DNA of 64,000 nucleotides from Escherichia coli (GTDB lineage Bacteria; Pseudomonadota; Gammaproteobacteria; Enterobacterales; Enterobacteriaceae): NCBI RefSeq assembly GCF_044324875.1, contig NZ_CP172185.1; one strand, 5' to 3'. Shown piece by piece: positions 32,567 to 43,224 of this stretch (position 1 is its first letter; each line of letters starts with the position of its first letter). The notes under the pieces were generated by a model. It saw only the letters and a program-made list of their open reading frames with translations, ran no database searches and was not told where the DNA came from. The position numbers and the translations under genes were made by a program.

Positions 32567-32621
32567 CGGTTATTATTTAGAATGGATGTATGCCGGAGTG
32601 ATATTGATTTGAGTGATGTAT

Positions 32622-33749
32622 TTACATTTTTACCAGCAGTGTCAGCACTTCGTAATGCGCGGTGTGGGGGAACATGTCGAAAAGCTGTACCCGTTCGATG
32701 CGATAACCCGGCAGCTCGCGGATATCTTTCGCCATGGTTTGGGCGTTACAGCTGGAGTAGATGATAAAACGCGGTGCCATCGTTGAGAGATAATCACATA
32801 GCGGTTTACCAATGCCGCGGCGCGGCGGGTTAACCAGCACCAGCTCCGGCACTTCCCCCTGGGCGGTAGCAAACTGAGTGGAGTCCAGCGCCTGAAATTG
32901 CAAACGCGTTAAGCCCAGTTCAGCGGCTGACTGCTTCGCACAGGCAATGGCCTCTGGTGCAATTTCGATCCCGGTTAACTGCATGTCAGGCGTCGCGCAG
33001 TGTAAACCAAAGCCCCCCACGCCGCAGAACAGATCCCACATATGGTTTACCGGTAGTTGCCGCACCCAGTCGCGCGCGGTAGCGTAAAGCTGGCTGGCGA
33101 CCGCCGGATTAGTCTGGAAGAAACTTTGCGGACGGATCCACAGCGGCACATCGTTAAAACGATCCGCCAGCGCCTGTTGTTCGGTCAGGTAGATCTCCGT
33201 CTCCCCTTCCATAATCGCCATATGTACCGGCTGAATATTGACGGTAATAACTTTTAGCTGCGGCAGTTGTTCCTGTAACCACGGCAGCGCCTTACGCAGT
33301 TGCGCCAGTTTGGTTTCAGAACGCAGTACAAAGCGCAGCATCATGCCGCCATCGCTCTGGCTTTCGGTCAGCAGAATGTATTTCAGTTCGCCACGTTTGC
33401 GCGCCACGTTGTAAGGCGTAAGCCCGGCGCGAGCAATAAATGGTTTCAGTGCCGCAAAAACGGGCGCAAATGAGGCAGGATAAAGCGGGCAGTCACAAAG
33501 GTCTTCCGGTGTGCCGTCTCGATGCAGCATACCGAGCAGTGGTTTTTCAACGCTACCACTCACCACCATTTTGGCTTTATTACGAAACCCTTGTTCCGGG
33601 CCTGACACCGGCGCGCACCATTCCTCAACCGGAAAGTCGGCGAGCAGATTTTTAAGATCGGCGGTTTTAGCGGAGAGTTGCTCTGGAATCGGCTGCGTTA
33701 TCCACTGACAGGAACGACAGCGACCCGCGTCGTAAAGTGCGCACTGCAT
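32622..33749 (-). CDS. rlmC: 23S rRNA (uracil747-C5)-methyltransferase RlmC
   Basis: 375 aa; N-terminal Cys cluster [16 protein letters not shown] and SAM-dependent MTase fold. Confidence 0.95.
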   Translation of the reverse strand: MQCALYDAGRCRSCQWITQPIPEQLSAKTADLKNLLADFPVEEWCAPVSGPEQGFRNKAKMVVSGSVEKPLLGMLHRDGTPEDLCDCPLYPASFAPVFAALKPFIARAGLTPYNVARKRGELKYILLTESQSDGGMMLRFVLRSETKLAQLRKALPWLQEQLPQLKVITVNIQPVHMAIMEGETEIYLTEQQALADRFNDVPLWIRPQSFFQTNPAVASQLYATARDWVRQLPVNHMWDLFCGVGGFGLHCATPDMQLTGIEIAPEAIACAKQSAAELGLTRLQFQALDSTQFATAQGEVPELVLVNPPRRGIGKPLCDYLSTMAPRFIIYSSCNAQTMAKDIRELPGYRIERVQLFDMFPHTAHYEVLTLLVKM

Positions 33750-33789
33750 ACATTGACCTTCACATCATCAGGGGCGACGATTATACACA

Positions 33790-34278
33790 TTATTGCAACT
33801 GGAAGAACCGCCGACTGGTCGAGGGAACGAACAGCAGCATCAGGATGAGCATATCCGGCAACTTCTGCAGCATCAGGCTATGGAAGATTTCACGTTTTGA
33901 TTCACCGGGAATGCTGAACAGCTCCGGATAACCATAACCCAGCGAAGCCGCCCACAAGTAACTTGCGGCCGTGATTTGTGTCAACAGATACAGCCAGCGC
34001 GCCCAGCGACGCCCTTTCACCAGTGAAAACGCACACCAGATCTCAATAAAAACCAACACCAGACTGCTTAAAAAGACCAGCGTTAGACTCCAGGTTTGTA
34101 CGCTGCGATGAATGAACTCGCCAATACCGCGCACGCCCAGCGTATTGAAAATCATCAGCACGTCGAGGCCACGGATCATAATAATGGCGAGCGCCGCCAC
34201 CTGCACCAGCGCAGGCACATTCAGGCGAGCATGAGATGAAGATGTTTTCTTAAAAAATCCCAACGTTTCGTCTTCCAT
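33790..34278 (-). CDS. ybjO: inner membrane protein YbjO
   Basis: 162-aa membrane protein in the conserved position between rlmC and potI. Confidence 0.85.
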   Translation of the reverse strand: MEDETLGFFKKTSSSHARLNVPALVQVAALAIIMIRGLDVLMIFNTLGVRGIGEFIHRSVQTWSLTLVFLSSLVLVFIEIWCAFSLVKGRRWARWLYLLTQITAASYLWAASLGYGYPELFSIPGESKREIFHSLMLQKLPDMLILMLLFVPSTSRRFFQLQ

Positions 34279-34337
34279 GAAAACAATGCCGCGACATGCG
34301 CGGCATTATGTAGCCAGGTTGGCAAATTTTAGTGTCT

Positions 34338-35183
34338 TCAGCCACGTCTTGCACGCTGGATGTCGCGTATCCGCTGTTTTTCTGCGCGAGCCATCAGATA
34401 CCAGGCGATAAATCCGACAATTCCGACCGCGCCGAGGATCAATGTTGCCAGGGCGTTGATTTCCGGATTCACCCCCATACGCACGCTGGAAAAGACCAGC
34501 ATCGGTAACGTGGTGGCTCCCGGCCCGGAAACAAAGCTGGCGATCACCAGATCATCAAGCGACAAAGTAAAAGCCAGTAACCAGCCAGAAATGATCGCGG
34601 GCATGATCATCGGTAGCGTAATGACGAAAAACACTTTCAGCGGCGTCGCACCGAGATCCATCGCTGCTTCTTCTATCGAGCGATCCAGTTCCCGCAGACG
34701 CGACGAAATAACGACTGCCACATAAGCCGTACAGAAAGTGACATGCGCCAGCCAGATGGTGAGCATACCGCGGTCCGCAGGCCAGCCAATGGCATGAGCA
34801 AGCGCGACGAATAACAACAATAGCGACAAGCCCGTGATGACATCTGGCATCACCAGCGGCGCGGTGATCATAAAGGCAAAACCATTTGATCCGCGAAACC
34901 TGCCAAAGCGCACCAGCACGACCGCCGCAATCGTCCCGAGGATCGCCGCCGCCGTCGCCGCACAGGCCGCAATTGTCAGGCTTAAACCAACCGCACTCAT
35001 CATCGCGTCATCGCGCAATAATTCGCCATACCAGCGCGTTGACCAGCCGGCCCACACCGTCACCAGCTTCGAGCTGTTGAATGAATAGATCACCAGCATC
35101 AGCATTGGCGCGTAGAGAAAGGTGAAGCCCAGCAGCAAAATCACAATCCGCCAGGGCGAATGAACTACCGGTAAATTATTCAT
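34338..35183 (-). CDS. potI: putrescine ABC transporter permease PotI
   Basis: 281 aa from MNNLPVVHSPW; overlaps the potH stop. Confidence 0.95.
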   Translation of the reverse strand: MNNLPVVHSPWRIVILLLGFTFLYAPMLMLVIYSFNSSKLVTVWAGWSTRWYGELLRDDAMMSAVGLSLTIAACAATAAAILGTIAAVVLVRFGRFRGSNGFAFMITAPLVMPDVITGLSLLLLFVALAHAIGWPADRGMLTIWLAHVTFCTAYVAVVISSRLRELDRSIEEAAMDLGATPLKVFFVITLPMIMPAIISGWLLAFTLSLDDLVIASFVSGPGATTLPMLVFSSVRMGVNPEINALATLILGAVGIVGFIAWYLMARAEKQRIRDIQRARRG

Positions 35184-36133
35184 CCGTGTTCTCCCACGCT
35201 TTTTTGCTGGTGTTTGTGGAACCACATTATCGGCACAATTAGCAGCAGCAACATGATGATCGCTACCGCCGAGGCCACCGGCCAGTCGCGATTGTTAAAG
35301 AACTCCTGCCATAGCACGCGCCCGATCATGATGCTGTCCGGGCCACCGAGCAGTTCAGGGATCACAAACTCGCCCACAGCCGGGATAAACACCAGCATCG
35401 ATCCGGCAATAATCCCGCCTTTGGTCAGCGGCACGATCACAGTAAAGAACGTTTTCAGCGGTCTTGCACCGAGATCCAGTGCCGCTTCCACCAGCGAATA
35501 ATCAATACGAATCAACGCGGTATAAATCGGCAGTACCATAAACGGCACGTAAGCGTAAACAATGCCGATATAAACGGCCAGATTGGTATGCAGAATGGTC
35601 AGCGGTTGATCGATAACCCCCAGCCACAGCAGAAAATTATTCAGCACACCGTTGTTTTTTAATATTCCCATCCAGGCATAAACGCGGATCAGAAACGAGG
35701 TCCACGACGGCAGGATCACCAGTAGTAATAAGATATTACGGGTCGAAGGCTTACTGTGCGCCACCGCCCACGCCAGCGGATAGCCGATCAGTAAACAGCA
35801 AATAGTCGAAATCGCCGCCACCTGTAACGACTGGAGATAAGCATCGAAATAGAGCGGATCGTCGGTCAGTTGCAGGAAATTACCGAGATTAAGAGTGATG
35901 GAAAGTTGCCCGTCAGCCCACTCCATCAGTTCGGTATAAGGTGGAATGGCGCGCGCCATCTCCGCCAGGCTTATTTTAAAGACAATCAGAAATGGCAGCA
36001 GAAACAGCAGGATTAGCCAGATATACGGCAGCGCAATCACCAGTTTGCGCCCATGCTTCATTTGCAGCTGCGACAACCACAGCTTAAATCCGCCCGGCGG
36101 TTTCGACTGGGCAGCAGGTTCAAGTGTACTCAT
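35180..36133 (-). CDS. potH: putrescine ABC transporter permease PotH
   Basis: 317-aa permease. Confidence 0.95.
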   Translation of the reverse strand: MSTLEPAAQSKPPGGFKLWLSQLQMKHGRKLVIALPYIWLILLFLLPFLIVFKISLAEMARAIPPYTELMEWADGQLSITLNLGNFLQLTDDPLYFDAYLQSLQVAAISTICCLLIGYPLAWAVAHSKPSTRNILLLLVILPSWTSFLIRVYAWMGILKNNGVLNNFLLWLGVIDQPLTILHTNLAVYIGIVYAYVPFMVLPIYTALIRIDYSLVEAALDLGARPLKTFFTVIVPLTKGGIIAGSMLVFIPAVGEFVIPELLGGPDSIMIGRVLWQEFFNNRDWPVASAVAIIMLLLLIVPIMWFHKHQQKSVGEHG

Positions 36134-36142
36134 TTTTGCTCC

Positions 36143-37276
36143 TTAAACCGTCAGCACCACACAGCTGTCCACTTCCCAGCACAAACGCACTTCATCGCCC
36201 CAGGTCGGTAACCCTTTACGATGACGATGGGCGTTTTGTAGCTGGGCGCTGATCATCTGCCCACTTTTCAGACGAACGTGATACACCGAAAGATCGCCGA
36301 GATAGGCAATGTGTATCACCTCCCCCACCGCGAAGTTACAACCATTGGCGGGCGGCTCTTCGCAAAGCATGATTTTTTCCGGACGCAGCGCTACGTGTAC
36401 CGGCACGTTATCAACCACTGAAGCATCTGCATCGACTTTCAGTGGGTGCACCAGTCCCGGCGAATAAAGCACCAGACCATCTTCCTGACGCTCTTTGAGT
36501 ACACCTTCAAAGACATTAACCGAGCCAATAAATTCGGCGCTGTAGCGGGTGGTCGGATGCTCATAGATCTCTTCCGGTTCGCCAATCTGGACAAATTTCC
36601 CACGATTCATAATGGCGATACGCCCCGCCATGGTCATCGCCTCTTCCTGATCGTGGGTGACCATCACACAAGTCACACCGACACGCTCCAGAATATCCAC
36701 CACTTCAAGCTGCATCCGGTCACGCAGCTTTTTATCCAGCGCGCCCATCGGCTCATCGAGCAGTAATAGTTTCGGGCGCTTGGCAAGGCTTCGGGCCAGG
36801 GCCACACGCTGTCGCTGACCACCGGAAAGCTGATGCGGTTTGCGTTTGGCGAACTCCTGCATATGCACCAGCCCGAGCATCTCATTGACCCGGCTGGCAA
36901 TTTCCGCTTTCGGTAGTTTGTCCTGTTTCAGGCCAAAAGCGATGTTCTGTTCCACGGTCATATGCGGAAACAGCGCGTAAGACTGAAACATCATATTGAT
37001 GGGGCGCAGGTAAGGCGGAACCTGTGACAAATCGACGCCATCAAGCATTATCTGTCCGGCAGAAGGTTGTTCGAAACCTGCCAGCATACGCAGCAGCGTG
37101 GACTTGCCACAGCCGGATGCGCCCAGCAGCGCGAAGATTTCACCTTTGTAGATGGTCAGGCTGACATCATCCACCGCATGTTGACCATCGTAGGATTTGG
37201 TGAGGTTGCGGATTTCTAATAGCGGCGTCAGCGCCTTACGGGTTTTCGCCTGCGGGCGAGGGATAGCGTCATTCAC
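36143..37276 (-). CDS. potG: putrescine ABC transporter ATP-binding protein PotG
   Basis: Walker A GASGCGKST, signature LSGGQRQRV; start assigned to the GTG giving (M)NDAIPRPQ, preceded by GGAGAG; 377 aa. Confidence 0.9.
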   Translation of the reverse strand: MNDAIPRPQAKTRKALTPLLEIRNLTKSYDGQHAVDDVSLTIYKGEIFALLGASGCGKSTLLRMLAGFEQPSAGQIMLDGVDLSQVPPYLRPINMMFQSYALFPHMTVEQNIAFGLKQDKLPKAEIASRVNEMLGLVHMQEFAKRKPHQLSGGQRQRVALARSLAKRPKLLLLDEPMGALDKKLRDRMQLEVVDILERVGVTCVMVTHDQEEAMTMAGRIAIMNRGKFVQIGEPEEIYEHPTTRYSAEFIGSVNVFEGVLKERQEDGLVLYSPGLVHPLKVDADASVVDNVPVHVALRPEKIMLCEEPPANGCNFAVGEVIHIAYLGDLSVYHVRLKSGQMISAQLQNAHRHRKGLPTWGDEVRLCWEVDSCVVLTV

Positions 37277-37370
37277 GGCTGCTCTCCGGCATTGAATGTG
37301 TGCAAGCGCACCATAATGGTGCGAATTGCCGGCGGGCGTGGTGCGCCCGTCCGGCATCTACGACTGCGGA

Positions 37371-38483
37371 TTATTTTCCGCTCTTCACTTTGGTCCACGC
37401 GCGGGTGCGCACACGGTCTATTTTTGGATCCTGCACTTTCAGAGTGAACAACTTCGCACGAACGTCCGCCGGAGGATAAATCCCTGGATTATCACGCACT
37501 TCCGCGCTTACCAGCGGCGTAGCTTCTTTGTTCGCGTTGGCATAGAACACATGGTCGGAAATATGCGCCACCACATCCGGGCGCAGCAGGTAATTCAGGA
37601 ACTGATAGGCTTCGTCTTTATTTTTGGCATCCGCAGGCATGGCGAAGACATCAAAGAACGCCATCGCCCCTTCTTTCGGAATCGAGAACGAGACATTAAC
37701 GCCATTCTTCGCTTCCTTCGCGCGGTTTGACGCCTGCCAGACATCGCCCGCCCAGCCGATAGCGACGCAGATATCGCCATTTGCCAGGTCGTTAATATAT
37801 TGAGATGAATGGAAATAACGAATATTCGGGCGTAGCTTTAACAGCAGATCGGTAGCCGGTCCGGTGTAATCATCTGCTTTAGTGCTGTTGGGATCTTTAC
37901 CGAGATAATTCAGCACGGTAGCAAACACTTCTTCCGGTGCATCAAGGAAAGAGACGCCGCAGCTTTTCAGTTTTTCCAGATTTTCAGGCTTGAGGATCAA
38001 GTCCCAGCTATCGACGGGCGCGTTTTCGCCCAGCACCGCTTTAACTTTATCAACGTTATAGCCAATCCCGGTCGTCGCCCACATATAGGGCATAGCAAAT
38101 TTATTGTCGGGATCGTGTTTGGCAACCAACTTCAGCAGCTCCGGATCGAGATTCTTCCACTCCGGCAATTTGCTTTTGTCCAGCGGCTGGAAAACTCCCG
38201 CAGTCAACTGGCGTTCAAGAAAGCTTGCTGACGGCAGCACCAGGTCAAAGCCGGTGCTACCCGCCATTAATTTGCCTTCCAGTACTTCGTTAGAGTCGAA
38301 AACATCGTAGACGACTTTAATACCGGTTTCTTTTTCAAAATTGGCCACCGTGTCCGGGGCGATATAATCAGACCAGTTATAAATGTGAAGTGTTTTTTGT
38401 TCAGCCGCGAGCGTGCCGACAGAGACGGCCATCAGAGCACCCGTAACCAGACCCGATAGCCATTTTTTATTTAAGGCGGTCAT
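37371..38483 (-). CDS. potF: putrescine-binding periplasmic protein PotF
   Basis: 370 aa from MTALNKKWLSGL with signal peptide. Confidence 0.95.
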   Translation of the reverse strand: MTALNKKWLSGLVTGALMAVSVGTLAAEQKTLHIYNWSDYIAPDTVANFEKETGIKVVYDVFDSNEVLEGKLMAGSTGFDLVLPSASFLERQLTAGVFQPLDKSKLPEWKNLDPELLKLVAKHDPDNKFAMPYMWATTGIGYNVDKVKAVLGENAPVDSWDLILKPENLEKLKSCGVSFLDAPEEVFATVLNYLGKDPNSTKADDYTGPATDLLLKLRPNIRYFHSSQYINDLANGDICVAIGWAGDVWQASNRAKEAKNGVNVSFSIPKEGAMAFFDVFAMPADAKNKDEAYQFLNYLLRPDVVAHISDHVFYANANKEATPLVSAEVRDNPGIYPPADVRAKLFTLKVQDPKIDRVRTRAWTKVKSGK

Positions 38484-38833
38484 ATCTCTTTCCTTCTGAA
38501 AGTTCGTTAACAAACGAACAAAAGTTGTCACACTAAAAGATATGCAATAAACGTGCATATTTTTTATCGGCGCGGTGTAAGAAAAGAGAACTCTCTCCCG
38601 GCCAGCACTGCTCGCTATATAAAAGCATCGCAAGAATAACTTTAGCCAGGGTTTGAGACTATAGCTCGGATTAAAAAACGGTATTTAACAAATTTTTATG
38701 CGTATTTGCTCTATGTGATAAAGCCAAATCGGCACAAGAGAAGTGAAATAATCTTTAAGAAAAGGTTAAAAACAGCAGATAATTTTGCAGCACGCAGTCA
38801 CTGCGGCAGCGACTGCGTACTCGAAAGGAGTTA

Positions 38834-39310
38834 TCAGTGGAGGAAATAGTTTTCGGTAACGTTGTTTTGCCCTTCATCGTCAGTCGGTAACAGCAGTTGA
38901 TGGGCATTAGCTTCAAGAATGACCATCGAAATCTGCTCTTCGCTCTGACGCAGGAACCATGCAAACTGCTCATAGGTTACGCCCTGCATAACGGATAAAG
39001 ACTGGCAAACCACCAGCTTTGGCAGATTATCATCCTGCATATCAAGAAATGCTTTCACGGTCAGCGAACTGGCATTGATGGCAGATAAATCTGCCGCCAG
39101 GGGCAATACGGCTGAAGGTCGGACTTCCGCCATGGCAGAAAACAGGATCGTGTTATCGATCAGATCGATTTTGGCATCAAAGACACCGTCGAAATTCTGC
39201 ATATGGGGCAGATGCAGAGCCTGACAGTTATCACATTCAAAAAAACTCATCCCCAGGTCATCGAGCCATTGACGCAGCGTATCCAGACCAGGAACGACCA
39301 GCGATGTCAT
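38834..39310 (-). CDS. ybjN: YbjN-family protein
   Basis: 158 aa from MTSLVVPGLDTLRQWLDD; downstream of rimK. Confidence 0.9.
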   Translation of the reverse strand: MTSLVVPGLDTLRQWLDDLGMSFFECDNCQALHLPHMQNFDGVFDAKIDLIDNTILFSAMAEVRPSAVLPLAADLSAINASSLTVKAFLDMQDDNLPKLVVCQSLSVMQGVTYEQFAWFLRQSEEQISMVILEANAHQLLLPTDDEGQNNVTENYFLH

Positions 39311-39397
39311 AATTTTGTACAACCTCTTTCGATAAAAAGACCGGCACAGCTTACGCAAAAAGCGCAGGCAAAACCATGATCAGTAATGTGATTGCGA

Positions 39398-40300
39398 CTA
39401 ACCACCCGTTTTCAGGCAATATTCCGCCGTAGCGTGGCGTTCGATCCAGCGGATCATTTTACCCGCGATGTCGATACCGGTGGTTTTTTCTATTCCTTCC
39501 AGCCCCGGCGACGCATTCACTTCCATCACCAACGGCCCGCGATTAGCACGCAAAATATCTACACCAGCAACATCCAGCGCCATCGTTCGCGCGGCTTTTA
39601 TCGCGATTTCACGCTCCTGTGGTGTGATACTGGCGACGCTTGCCGCGCCGCCACGATGCAAATTGGAACGAAAATCGCCCTCTTTCGCCCGCCGTTCAAT
39701 CGCAGCGACCACTTCATCGCCAACAACCAGACAGCGGATATCGCACCCTTGCGCCTCTTTGATATATTCCTGCACCAGAATATGCGCGTTCAGACCGCGG
39801 AAAGCGTCAATCACGCTTTCGGCCGCCTGACGCGTCTCCGCCAGCACGACGCCAATTCCCTGCGTGCCTTCAACCAACTTGACCACCAGCGGCGCACCAC
39901 CGACCATGTCGATTAAATCGCTGGTATCATCCGGCGAATGCGCAATGCCCGTGACAGGCAGGTCGATGCCCTGACGCGCCAGCAGTTGCATGGAACGCAA
40001 TTTGTCACGCGCCCGGGCAATGGCGACCGACTCATTGAGCGGATAGCTCCCCAGCATCTCGAACTGGCGCAGTGCCGCCGTCCCATAAAAGGTAATGGCG
40101 GTGCCAATACGCGGGATCACTGCGTCAAAATGAGGTAACTTGCGGCCTTTGTAGTGAATAGAAGACGCCGCAGGATTTATGTTCATGTAGCAAGAAAGCG
40201 GATCAAGAATTTCAACCAGGTGACCACGCTGTATAGCGGCTTCACGCAGCCGCTTACACGAATAGAGCGTTCCATCCCGGGACAATATGGCAATTTTCAC
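39398..40300 (-). CDS. rimK: ribosomal protein S6 L-glutamate ligase RimK
   Basis: 300 aa; ATP-grasp fold. Confidence 0.95.
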   Translation of the reverse strand: MKIAILSRDGTLYSCKRLREAAIQRGHLVEILDPLSCYMNINPAASSIHYKGRKLPHFDAVIPRIGTAITFYGTAALRQFEMLGSYPLNESVAIARARDKLRSMQLLARQGIDLPVTGIAHSPDDTSDLIDMVGGAPLVVKLVEGTQGIGVVLAETRQAAESVIDAFRGLNAHILVQEYIKEAQGCDIRCLVVGDEVVAAIERRAKEGDFRSNLHRGGAASVASITPQEREIAIKAARTMALDVAGVDILRANRGPLVMEVNASPGLEGIEKTTGIDIAGKMIRWIERHATAEYCLKTGG

Positions 40301-40427
40301 CCTGCACCTCTCTGTCAGACCTGGTCAAAAGCCCGCGTATCATACATCGGCGTGGCGGTTTTAGCGCGTCGCCCAACCCTGTTTGTGCAAATAATCCAGA
40401 ATAAATGGGCGGCTTTCTTTAATGATT

Positions 40428-40436
40428 GTTCGGCGG
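40428..40436. repeat. 9-bp target-site duplication GTTCGGCGG (left copy) of the IS1 in nfsA
   Basis: Identical 9-mer immediately flanks both IS1 ends. Confidence 0.9.
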
Positions 40437-40491
40437 GGTGATGCTGCCAACTTACTGATTTAGTGTATGATGGTGTTTTTGAGGTGCTCCA

Positions 40492-40767
40492 GTGGCTTCT
40501 GTTTCTATCAGCTGTCCCTCCTGTTCAGCTACTGACGGGGTGGTGCGTAACGGCAAAAGCACCGCCGGACATCAGCGCTATCTCTGCTCTCACTGCCGTA
40601 AAACATGGCAACTGCAGTTCACTTACACCGCTTCTCAACCCGGTACGCACCAGAAAATCATTGATATGGCCATGAATGGCGTTGGATGCCGGGCAACTGC
40701 CCGCATTATGGGCGTTGGCCTCAACACGATTTTACGTCACTTAAAAAACTCAGGCCGCAGTCGGTAA
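40492..40767 (+). CDS. insA: IS1 protein InsA
   Basis: 91-aa ORF with zinc-finger CPSC...CSHC; inside IS1. Confidence 0.95.
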
Positions 40768-41189
40768 CCTCGCGCATACAGCCGGGCAGTGACGTCATCG
40801 TCTGCGCGGAAATGGACGAACAGTGGGGCTATGTCGGGGCTAAATCGCGCCAGCGCTGGCTGTTTTACGCGTATGACAGGCTCCGGAAGACGGTTGTTGC
40901 GCACGTATTCGGTGAACGCACTATGGCGACGCTGGGGCGTCTTATGAGCCTGCTGTCACCCTTTGACGTGGTGATATGGATGACGGATGGCTGGCCACTG
41001 TATGAATCCCGCCTGAAGGGAAAGCTGCACGTAATCAGCAAGCGATATACGCAGCGAATTGAGCGGCATAACCTGAATCTGAGGCAGCACCTGGCACGGC
41101 TGGGACGGAAGTCGCTGTCGTTCTCAAAATCGGTGGAGCTGCATGACAAAGTCATCGGGCATTATCTGAACATAAAACACTATCAATAA
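40686..41189 (+). CDS. insB: IS1 InsB' frame (transposase InsAB' is made by -1 frameshift from insA)
   Basis: 167-aa ORF overlapping insA in the -1 frame, as expected for IS1. Confidence 0.9.
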
Positions 41190-41204
41190 GTTGGAGTCAT
41201 TACC

Positions 41205-41213
41205 GTTCGGCGG
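41205..41213. repeat. 9-bp target-site duplication GTTCGGCGG (right copy) of the IS1 in nfsA
   Basis: Identical to 40428..40436. Confidence 0.9.
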
Positions 41214-41843
41214 ATATGATCGCTCCAGGTATCCCGGCGATTATTGCTGCCACGTGTGAGGTAATATTCCGCCAGTTGTTCGTCATACTGCGCCAGTGCG
41301 TCTTTATCCAGCGGTTGATAGCTGTTTTCATGCACCAAAATGGAGGACGGTAAACGCGGCTTAAGATCCGGATTATCCGCAGGCCAGCCAAGGCACAGCC
41401 CAAACAGCGGCAGAACATGCTGCGGTAATTTCAGCAGCTCCGTCACCGCTTCAATATTATTGCGCAGGCCGCCGATATATACCCCGCCCAATCCCAGCGA
41501 TTCCGCTGCGGTTAATGCATTCTGCGCCATCATTGCCGTATCAACGACACCGAGCAACAGTTGTTCCGCCAGGCCGAGCTGAGCATCCGGACAGATCTGT
41601 AAATGGCGGTTAAAGTCGGCACAGAACACCCAAAACTCCGCCGCTTGCGCTACGTGTTTTTGCCCGCCGGTCAGCGCCACCAGTTCTTCACGTAACGCTT
41701 TGTCGGTAATGCGAATAATGCTACTGCACTGCAAAAAACTGGAACTGGACGTCGCACGGGCGCTGTTAATAATCGCCTCACGCTGCGCTTCGGAAATGGG
41801 TTCATCAGTGAAATGGCGAATGGAGCGATGGCCACAAATAAGT

Positions 41844-42131
41844 TCAATGGTTGGCGTCATTATCTTTTTCTCTTTCTGAACGTGAATATTGCGGTGGACG
41901 GTTCATCAGCTGTGGGGCAAGACGTTTTGCCACCTGAAGAATAACCACCACCGCAGCGGGAAGCATGAGCAAAACACCGAGAAAAATCATCAGAATCTGC
42001 ACTTCTGGCCGAGAAAATGGCTCAGGCAGCGACAGGGAGCCGCTTACCGACAGCAGCGCCACCGCCAGCAACATCATTCCGATAAATTCCAGTATCAACA
42101 CGCTTTTAGGCAATTTACCGATCGCGCGCAT
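41844..42131 (-). CDS. ybjC: inner membrane protein YbjC (DUF1418)
   Basis: 95 aa; first gene of the ybjC-nfsA-rimK-ybjN cluster. Confidence 0.85.
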   Translation of the reverse strand: MRAIGKLPKSVLILEFIGMMLLAVALLSVSGSLSLPEPFSRPEVQILMIFLGVLLMLPAAVVVILQVAKRLAPQLMNRPPQYSRSEREKDNDANH

Positions 42132-42290
42132 ACGCTTCCCTCTGCAAAGTGAGCCTTCAGTCTAAAACTTTTCACTGTATTGTGTTTAACAGTTATAGCT
42201 TTTAGCAATTAATGCAACAGGTTAAACCTACTTTCAGCGAATACATTTTAGCGTGATCATTACAGGCATAAATCTATGAGGAGAGAAATA

Positions 42291-42548
42291 ATGCAAACCG
42301 TTATTTTTGGTCGTCCGGGTTGCCCTTACTGTGTGCGTGCAAAAGATCTGGCTGAGAAATTGAGCAATGAACGCGATGATTTTCAGTATCAGTATGTAGA
42401 TATTCGTGCGGAAGGGATCACTAAAGAAGATCTACAACAAAAGGCAGGTAAACCCGTAGAAACCGTGCCGCAGATTTTTGTCGATCAGCAACATATCGGC
42501 GGCTATACCGATTTTGCTGCATGGGTGAAAGAGAATCTGGACGCCTGA
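42291..42548 (+). CDS. grxA: glutaredoxin 1
   Basis: MQTVIFGRPGCPYCVRAK with CPYC active site; 85 aa. Confidence 0.95.
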   Translation: MQTVIFGRPGCPYCVRAKDLAEKLSNERDDFQYQYVDIRAEGITKEDLQQKAGKPVETVPQIFVDQQHIGGYTDFAAWVKENLDA

Positions 42549-42557
42549 TCGTCTGAC

Positions 42558-42590
42558 AAGCCCTCGCGTTGAGGGCTTTATTGATTTTTT
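42558..42590 (+). terminator. grxA intrinsic terminator
   Basis: aagccctc gcgtt gagggctt followed by a T-rich tract. Confidence 0.7.
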
Positions 42591-42955
42591 CTGTGCTGTG
42601 GTTTAAACAAACTACTGATAAATAAGAAACACAGTGCCCCCAGCGCACACCAGAACACCGCACTTAATAACCATGCCAGCTCTTGCCAGAATGAGCGCGT
42701 CGGTGAAAAAAACAGCCGCATAATAAGCATTGAACAGGGTGCCGCCAGCATTGCGCCAAACAGAGGTTTCAGGACTTCTCTACGCTGTGAAAAGAAGCTG
42801 GCAACTGCTCCAGGAAGAATGAAAAACAGCAAGCCGATTTCAGGATGCCCGGCAGCCCGAAAAGCGCCTTTCATGTGCGTCGCCAGAAAAAGGCACACCA
42901 CAATGAAGAGGACAAAACAGCAGATTGCCCCCGCCCAACGTTGTTTATGTTTCAC
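42578..42955 (-). CDS. ybjM: inner membrane protein YbjM
   Basis: 125-aa membrane protein, conserved position. Confidence 0.85.
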   Translation of the reverse strand: MKHKQRWAGAICCFVLFIVVCLFLATHMKGAFRAAGHPEIGLLFFILPGAVASFFSQRREVLKPLFGAMLAAPCSMLIMRLFFSPTRSFWQELAWLLSAVFWCALGALCFLFISSLFKPQHRKNQ

Positions 42956-43224
42956 TCGTTCCTCCTGACACTGCGTCTATCGAACACATTTTTCGCCAGT
43001 GTGGCGTTCAGTAAGATAAAGCCGCTTCGCATTCCATGCTAATATAGGCCAACGCAATTCATATAGCCGTTGATACCTAATGTGATTACACTAGTAAAAT
43101 ATATTGTTACTTTACTATCGTTTAGGTGCGCTGAATGAATCTGCGCCCTGAATTCTGGTAAAAAACATTATCGTAAATTACCATTTCTTTCAACAGCTTA
43201 CTAGTAAACAAGAAGTTAGCCTCC

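Larger units (their letters stand above)
40437..41204 (+). mobile_element. IS1: IS1 insertion sequence (768 bp), copy A
   Basis: Terminal inverted repeats GGTGATGCTGCCAACTTACTGAT ... ATCAATAAGTTGGAGTCATTACC; internal insA/insB' frames. Confidence 0.97.
40361..41860 (-). pseudogene. nfsA: nfsA (oxygen-insensitive NADPH nitroreductase) interrupted by IS1 about 22 codons before its stop
   Basis: 5' part 41205..41860 reads ...WSDHIRRT then runs into the IS1 end (VMTPTY*); the remaining 3' codons (...TIIKESRPFILDYLHKQGWATR*) are readable on the other side of IS1 at 40361..40436. Confidence 0.9.
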
